Shown piece after piece: positions 45,595 to 52,567 of a stretch of DNA of 52,567 nt (positions are counted from its first letter, which is position 1; each line of letters begins with the position of its first letter). Under the pieces are notes generated by a model, which searched no databases, had not been told where the DNA came from, and worked only from the letters and a program-made list of their open reading frames with translations. The DNA is taken from the NCBI GenBank assembly GCA_020536535.1, contig JAHLWZ010000904.1:1-52567 (forward strand), given 5' to 3'. Made by a program: the position numbers and the translations under genes. This DNA is from Pelomyxa schiedti. Taxonomy: Eukaryota > Protista > Evosea.

Positions 45595-45889
45595 AAGATG
45601 TTATGCTTGAGAGTTTATTTATCATTTTACCATTTCCCCTTAAAGGATCCTTGACAGAAGATGAGTATGGTTGCCAGTGTCACAACTCAGCAGACAAGTG
45701 GTTGGAGGACAAGGACTGTCAAGGTAATATCTCTGGGTGTTATGCAGACAGTCCCACCATGTTTTAGGATGAAGGGATATTTGTTTTTCTCAAGGAAATC
45801 AGACCATCAAAAGTTTCCCTTGACCAGGGAAACTGTTTCGAAGAAACAATAAAAATTCCAGGTGGGTTATTGGCGGCGAGTGAACCACG

Positions 45890-48800
45890 ATGAACCAAGA
45901 CTCCTTCAGTGCGTGGGAGAGTGGCCTTGGGTTTTTTTCTATTTACCCATAATACAGGGGCGGAGTTCCCTGTGAAAACGATGAGCGAGCACACGCAGAG
46001 GGTAATGTGCATTTCGCAGGTGGATGGTGAAGTTTGGAGCGGGTCGTCCCATAACTCAGTTTATGTGCACTCTGCTTTGGTATTTTTTTTTTTACTTTGC
46101 CTGCACATTGTGAACTTGACACCATTTTCTTTTTTATCGCATTTTATTGAAAATAATGTGGCCTATGTAGACTGGTCAATTTCTGAGGTCTGCTCAAGCC
46201 CCTGGGAAAGGGGATGATGATGACTATGTTTGTTCAATTTTACGTGTTGATTCATATGTGTGGTGTGGTGGAAATAATGGTACCATCACCATTTTCAATT
46301 CAAAGGTACACTCTAGCCAGAACCCTCTGAACTTCTTAATTAATATTTGTTCCACAGACAGTTTCTGTAACACAATTAAAAGGGCACACTGGGTCTGTGG
46401 GTTGTCTGACAGAAAGCCCATGCTTTGTTTGGAGTGGTTCTGGGGACAGAACTGTTAGAGCTTGGGATAAAAAGGTTCTTTGGCTTGCTCCCGTTTATTT
46501 TGTACTAACTTTTGTCTACAAAGACTGGAAAATCTATCTTCCAGCTTGCAGGGCATACAAATTGGGTAAAATGTATTGCATCTGTTGGAACCAAAGTCTG
46601 GAGTGGCTCTGATGACTGCAGTATTCGAATTTGGGATGAAACAGTAATACAATCGTTTGCAAAATTGACACTAAGGTTACCAGACAGGAGAAGCTGGAAC
46701 CCAATTGGTAGGCCATACAGGTGGCGTACTCAGCCTTCTACATGTGGGAACTGCTGTTTGGAGCGGGTCTGCAGATAAAACAATCAAACTCTGGGATAGC
46801 CAGGTAAATTATTCTCATATACCTCCCATCTTGCAACACTTCTTAGACGGGCCGTTCACTCCGCGATCTACAAGGACACACAGGATGGGTAAATGCACTG
46901 GCCTTTAAGGAAGGAGTTGTATGGAGTGGTTCAAACGATAAAACAATACGCGGTTGGAACAGCAAGGTTAGGTTTTAATGCCCAGTTTGTATTTAAGCTT
47001 TGGTTAGACACATCATTGCATCAGAATTCTCACTGGGCATCGTGGATCTGTATGGTGCATGACATCAGTCACCAACAGTCCTTTTATTTGGAGTGGTGGA
47101 GGTGATGCTCTGCTATGCATGTGGAACACCTCAGTAAGTTCCCATCACATAAACCAATAAATAGTTTATCTCAAAAGGACCCCTCTCCCACCCCTGAACC
47201 TCGCACTGGTTCAATGATGAATGTGTCTGGTGAGTATCCCTATTTCCTACAATGCATGTAACTTTCACAAGGTGCCCAATTAAGCCGAAGTGCACGGTCA
47301 GCCAGTATTGCACCGACACGCATCTCTGGTAATTCAGCCGATCCTCCCCCATTCAGTGAAACGGAATCCCACATTGTTACGACATGTAAGTGGCCCATTC
47401 AATGTTGCCTCGTTTTTTTAAAAAAATCAATAACAAATAGCTATTCAACCCAGTGGTTCAGTGGCTGTACCTCAACCGTCACAGCCCTTGGCTCTTGCCT
47501 CTAAAGGATTTGAGGTAAGTACAACACCTTGTTTTTGTGTGTAATGAAATCTTAGCCGCCAGATTCGTGGAACAATCCACCAACCAACAGCACAACAAAT
47601 CTATCCATCCTACCCATCCAGGACACTTCCAAAATTCATAGACACTCAAAATCTAAGGTTTTGTCCCCTTGTTTCTTCTTATTCTTGGTGACCTCATAGG
47701 CATTTAAAAGGCCTTGCGTGCAGAAAGAGAAAACTCCATTCTTCGACTGCAGGATGTAAGTGTTTCCCCTTTTTCCTTCACTGTGTCACTCATATCACAA
47801 GGATCATGCTGAATTAAAGCACCAACTTAGTGCAACAAGAAGGGACCTAGATACTAAAATCCAGGTCCTCTCATCACAAGTTAGTTTCCCAAATTTTTTT
47901 TTTTTGTTATTCCACCAAATCTCACAACCCTAGCTGGAGCAAGTTCAAGTCCCCCTTCCAGATACTCAACTGTATTTACCTAAAACTGATGTGGCAAGAC
48001 AGTACTCAACTGTTGCTTCCATCACCACTTTCCACACATTAATCAATTGTAGCAAGGTATCAACTTGCAAAGTGAAGATGCATTGATTCAAAACTCGGGA
48101 AGATTTGGCTCGGAGTCAGTAAATTATAACTCAACAACTCCTGTTTCTTTATCTGCACGTATGGCTGAGACAGTTCCAAGCTCTGTGGGGGAAGAAAATG
48201 TATCCATTATTTGTTGGCAATTAACTCATTCCTCTAGGAAGTCATAGAGGAATTGAGTCGAAAATTACAAGAAGAAGAAGCTAGATCCCAAAGCGCTGAA
48301 GCTTTAGCAAGGTTCGCGTTTGCTTCCATTGAGGCAATCAATTGACTGTTCTCCTAGTGAGTTGGAAGCGGCACTTGAAGCCAGCAGAAGCGAAACGGCC
48401 AAATTTCGGGAATCTATGCAGTTGCAAAGAGAGCAGTTTGAAAAAGAAAAACAAGTCTCTTCTTTTTGATTAACTTTGTTTCTTAATTTTTTACAGGCTT
48501 GGAAAGCCAAAGCAGACTCTCAGTTGCAGGTTGCTTCCTCAAGGATGGAGGACCAAACATCAGAAATACAAGAATTACAAGATTCCCTATCGCAGTTGAA
48601 TGAGGATCTAGCAGAAGAACGCCGGTGAGGATCTAAATTGAGCTTTAGACCTTAACTGTAATCTTTAGAAGGTATAATGCAGAAAAATCTGAAAACATTC
48701 GAGCTTTTCAAGCTGAGAAACAAGAATTGCAGGAACGGGTCAAACAACTGAATACACAGATTGCTGAAGAAAGAAGGTATAGAAACCTGCTCCTATCCCT

Positions 48801-51133
48801 GTTTCCAACTGCCCTAGAAAATTTACTCTAGAAATGACTAGTTCTTTATCCCAACATAATTCAGTGAGCCAGGAAATGCAACAAAGGCTTGCACAACAGA
48901 CTTCTCTCTCTCAAGAGTTGCAGCAAAGAGTAGCGCAATTAACTACACAAATTTCCGAAGAAAAAAGGTATAGAGTTCAACATTATCTTTCCTAAAAACA
49001 TTAGACGATCCACAGCAGAAATTGCTGGAACTCTAGCAAACAACCAAGACTTACAGCAACGTATCGCGCAGCTGACAGCCCAACTTTCTGAAGAAAAAAA
49101 GTATATTCCACCAACAAATCCCTTTCATCTGGAATGACCAACAGAACATAGAAAGCATATCGCAGAAATAGCAGCCAGGCAAGAGCAACAAGGAAGAGCC
49201 AACAGTGAGTTGCATCAACAAGTCAACAATCTCACATCACAGCTTGCTGATGTAAAAAAGTATACTGTTTATTTATGTCCCCTTTATGCCAACTTCTTTT
49301 TTTTTTTAGAAGACACGCAGAGGAACTGTCTTCTTTGAATACGAAATACCAGGTTAATTGTTACTCCCTCATTAAATATCCAATGGAACTAGGCTGTTGC
49401 AGATGAAAAACTTGCATTACAAACTGAGCTGTCAAGCTTAAGACGGAAGATGGAAAATTTGAGTCAATTAATGCAGGCCTCTGACCAATCAAACAAGTTT
49501 GTATGTAGTCATTAAATCCCACTAAATTCCTCCAAGGGGTAAAATTTTGGAATTACAAAAGCTAGCTGAGACCCAAGTTTCGTCTGCTTTATCGAAGGCA
49601 GATGAATACAGATCGAGGGTAGGATTGCATCCACTCTTGTATTCTTTCACATCTTTCAGGTTGAAGAACTTGAAGCAAAGAATAGCTCCCTGTCTACTGA
49701 GTTGACAAACAACAGAGAAGCATATCGTGCCAAGGTATACACCTAGGCTCAAAGATAATGCTCATTTTTTAAGTTTGAGGAAATTGTCAGTCAAAATAAA
49801 ACTTTGGAACTGAACTTACGGAGAGTTCAAGAGGTCAACATACTCCTTAATATGAACAACTAAATTACCTAGGAAAGCAACAAAACGGAGAGGTCACAAA
49901 CAACACTCTCTGGGGCAGTTCAGACTCTAAAATCTGAATTGGAAAGCACAAAAAGGTTTAACCCCATACCATCAGATAACTCATGAAAGAACAGGCAACT
50001 TCAAGCAGAGAAGGAATTAGTTCAGCAACTTAAAATTGCCCTGGATACGAGCGGTAAATCAGCAGCACAAGTTCATCCTCTAAGGCAGGTGTGCAACATT
50101 TTTTAAAGTTGACTTCAAGGTAATAGACACAGGCCCTAGATGAGAACACCCGCGTCATAAGAGAATTGCAGGCAGCAAATACAAAACTAAAAAATGAACT
50201 TCTGGCAGCAAGTAAGACAATTGTTTCTCTTGAGGGGCAATTGTCTTCCAAGAGCAAGTATGTTTTTCTTTGGACAGACTGAATAAGTCATTTCGTGAAG
50301 GGCTGGTGAGGAACTAAAATCGGCAGTGGAAGCGGAATTTGCTGACCTAGAAGCTGAACAGAAGAATGAAGTTTGACATTGGTTATCTATCTTTGTTATT
50401 AACTCCCGCCAGGAATCGGAGAGGAAAAAGCTGGAGCAGTCCATATTAGAGTTGAAGTCCAACTTAGACTCACACAGAAGTGGACGCTTCCAAGTTATGC
50501 CAACGGACCCAAGTCAACCGTGAGCATTTCCAAACAATTAATTTTTGGCTTAATTTTGCTCAGTTCTGCAAGTACTGCAAAGACTTCAACACCCATTTCT
50601 GTAACTGATGGCCACAATCCCAGAACAAGAAGGTAAGCTTAATCCCTTGTCACACACGTGACACAACCAACAAAAGGATGTGGAACAACCAAGATAATGT
50701 TATTTCCACAAATCCTGGGCCTCAAGGACCAAGACGACAGCAGAACCTTAATACATACCAGCAACCACCAACTACAAAAATATCCTCCACTCTATCGCAA
50801 CAACCGCAACCACCACCATCACAACCCGGTGGAATCCCTCAGCAAGGGAGAAACAGGTGTGTATTCTCTACATTATTATCACCCCAATTAATTCGGAAAC
50901 GTTCTAGGCAAAACATTGCTGATGGACGCCAAGCAACTGCGTCACTTTATGCATCCCTTCAACAAGCACAAAGAAGGCTTACTGCTGATGTAAATAGTTC
51001 CACAATGAGGGTGGCCAATTCTTCCTTTGGTAGTGACTTGAGGAAGGGGGACACAAACAACAGCACAAGCTCACTCTCTGACACTGATGATTATTCCACA
51101 ACAGGAAGTTTTGATGACAACAGTCACATGTAA
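45890..51133 (+). CDS. N-terminal WD40-repeat, long coiled-coil protein
   Basis: Repeated GH..V..L...VWSGS.D.TI..WD units (e.g. GHTNWVKCIASVGTKVWSGSDDCSIRIWD, GHTGGVLSLLHVGTAVWSGSADKTIKLWD), followed by many short Q/E/L-rich heptad exons. Confidence 0.8.
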
Positions 51134-51219
51134 AAACCCAAAAAACAAACCAACACGCAATCAAAATGTGGCATAGACAAAGTGAAGAAATAGAAAAATT
51201 TATTGTACAATACCAAAGG

Positions 51220-52325
51220 TTAAAATCTTTTTGGATCTAGACTCTTATGGAATTGGGAGTAGCCTTGCTCAAGGTCAAACATTAGTTGTCTGGAATCTTC
51301 CTCAGACAATTTGTCACTGGCTTTCATGGCGTTAAGAGTTTTTAACCTAAAACTGATAAGGCGCTTTCACCAGAATGCCTTGAGTTCTTACCAAGTGGTC
51401 ACTTTTTGTCGTGGTTCAAAGTCCTGAGGTAGGTTCACGTTCTTAGTGATACATTCAAGAAGTTCTGTGAGGAGCGGAAACAGTTGGTCGACATCGGACA
51501 CCCCCAGTTTCACAGCATCCATCGCTGTGATGAAGCTTTGAACTGTCTCGGCAACAACCCTAAGCAAATCAGATTCAGAAGACAAAGAGGATAGAGAAAG
51601 CACCTGGCATTGTTGGAACCGTCCCGTGAAGGAACGCTCTTGCCGTGTTCAATTGTAGCAGGGACCCCAACTTTGAATCGTTGTACTGTACAATGATCCA
51701 AGGTATCAACAAAGGATATGTGTTTGAAGGGAATGTCATACCAGCAGCGGGGCACTCTAACTGCAGTGGAGTTAGATAAGTATTTGAATACACAACAATA
51801 TTAAACATCGAGTTAAGTTGGGAGCAGACCCCATATTCCTTCATGAACACTGCAACGTCCGGTACATCACTGGCAACCACCACAAGGGCACCCTTGTATT
51901 GTGTAATAAGGTTCTTACAAGCAGCTTCATACCTTGGTGTTGGTAAGAACACAATTCAATTGCTTGCTAAATCACTATATGTGCTGGAGTAGGAGCGAAA
52001 AGAGGGAAAAAAAAACTCACTCAGTGGGAGCAATAAGATCACGAACAAAGGCTTTTTCAAGGTGTTCCATTGTCTTTATGATGGCAAACAAATCAGCCTT
52101 GTTTGAGTACATTTCCCTTTCACGTGCAGTGGTAAAGAGTCGTACTTCTTCCGTTATAGGCTATTTTTATTAAATGGTGTTTCGCACAAGGAAAGGAAGA
52201 CGGAAGTATACGGGAGGTGATGCACCAGTAGCCTCAGAGTACTATTAATGTCAAAACAAAAACAAAAACAAAAACAAACAGGAGGGGAGAGGAAAAACCG
52301 AGGGCGGTGTCGCCGTGTTCATCAT
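51220..52325 (-). CDS. VPS28: ESCRT-I subunit VPS28
   Basis: EEVRLFTTAREREMYSNKADLFAIIKTMEHLEKAFVRD; YEAACKNLITQYK; VAETVQSFITAMDAVKL..VDQLFPLL; RQLMFDLEQGY. Confidence 0.95.
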
Positions 52326-52567
52326 CGTTCTTAATTATATTAACCACCAGCTTTTTTGTGTCAGTTTCGACTTGCTTCAGATCGGGAGGAGCGATGGAGC
52401 TGGGAAGACATTCACGGCCCTCACATGTGGGGCCGACGCCCACAGTCGCCCAATAGAATAAGTTGAGAATCTCGAGCCAGGAGAAGAAAAGGAAAAAAAA
52501 AAGCGAACGGCAAGCCACACCACGACACAGGCAGCACGCGCGCCCTCGGTTTTTCCTCTCCCCTCCT
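52280..52567. repeat. Perfect 27-bp inverted repeat running into the window end
   Basis: 52541-52567 (cgccctcggtttttcctctcccctcct) is the exact reverse complement of 52280-52306. Confidence 0.9.

Noticed and set aside
1-52567. Alternative genetic code or stop-codon readthrough
   Set aside because: Where checked, in-frame stops interrupting conserved proteins fall inside short GT/GC-AG introns. TAA, TAG and TGA all terminate well-identified genes.
1-52567. tRNA, rRNA, transposase or integrase genes
   Set aside because: None were recognised by eye; tRNAscan, Rfam and repeat searches would be needed to exclude them.

Overview
This is eukaryotic genomic DNA, not prokaryotic. It is very gene-dense, uses the standard genetic code, and has many short (mostly ~35-100 nt) spliceosomal introns, so most entries in the ORF track are exon fragments or antisense shadows. 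Manual splicing gives about 20 protein genes. In order: a Shg1/BOD1-domain protein (5'-partial), GH25 lysozyme, glyoxylate reductase-like dehydrogenase, SMYD methyltransferase, a lone-SH3 microprotein, SDF2, a GNAT-GNAT-PIG-L/LmbE fusion, diacylglycerol kinase, TCF25/Rqc1, uridine phosphorylase, a DH-PH-DH RhoGEF, PP2A-B55, DCN1-like, BBS8/TTC8, a receptor kinase, a degenerate acyl-CoA synthetase, Set1, BORCS5-like, a small PEHE-motif protein, a WD40/coiled-coil protein and VPS28. There are also two decayed kinase remnants. Gene content and architecture suggest a flagellated amoebozoan protist, possibly a Pelomyxa-like archamoeba (inference only). The two most striking items are (1) a single-pass receptor joining two bacterial PstS-like solute-binding folds to a tyrosine-kinase-type domain, and (2) an in-frame fusion of tandem acetyltransferases with a bacterial-type N-deacetylase. 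All family assignments come from motif recognition by eye; no database search was run, and exon boundaries are manual predictions.
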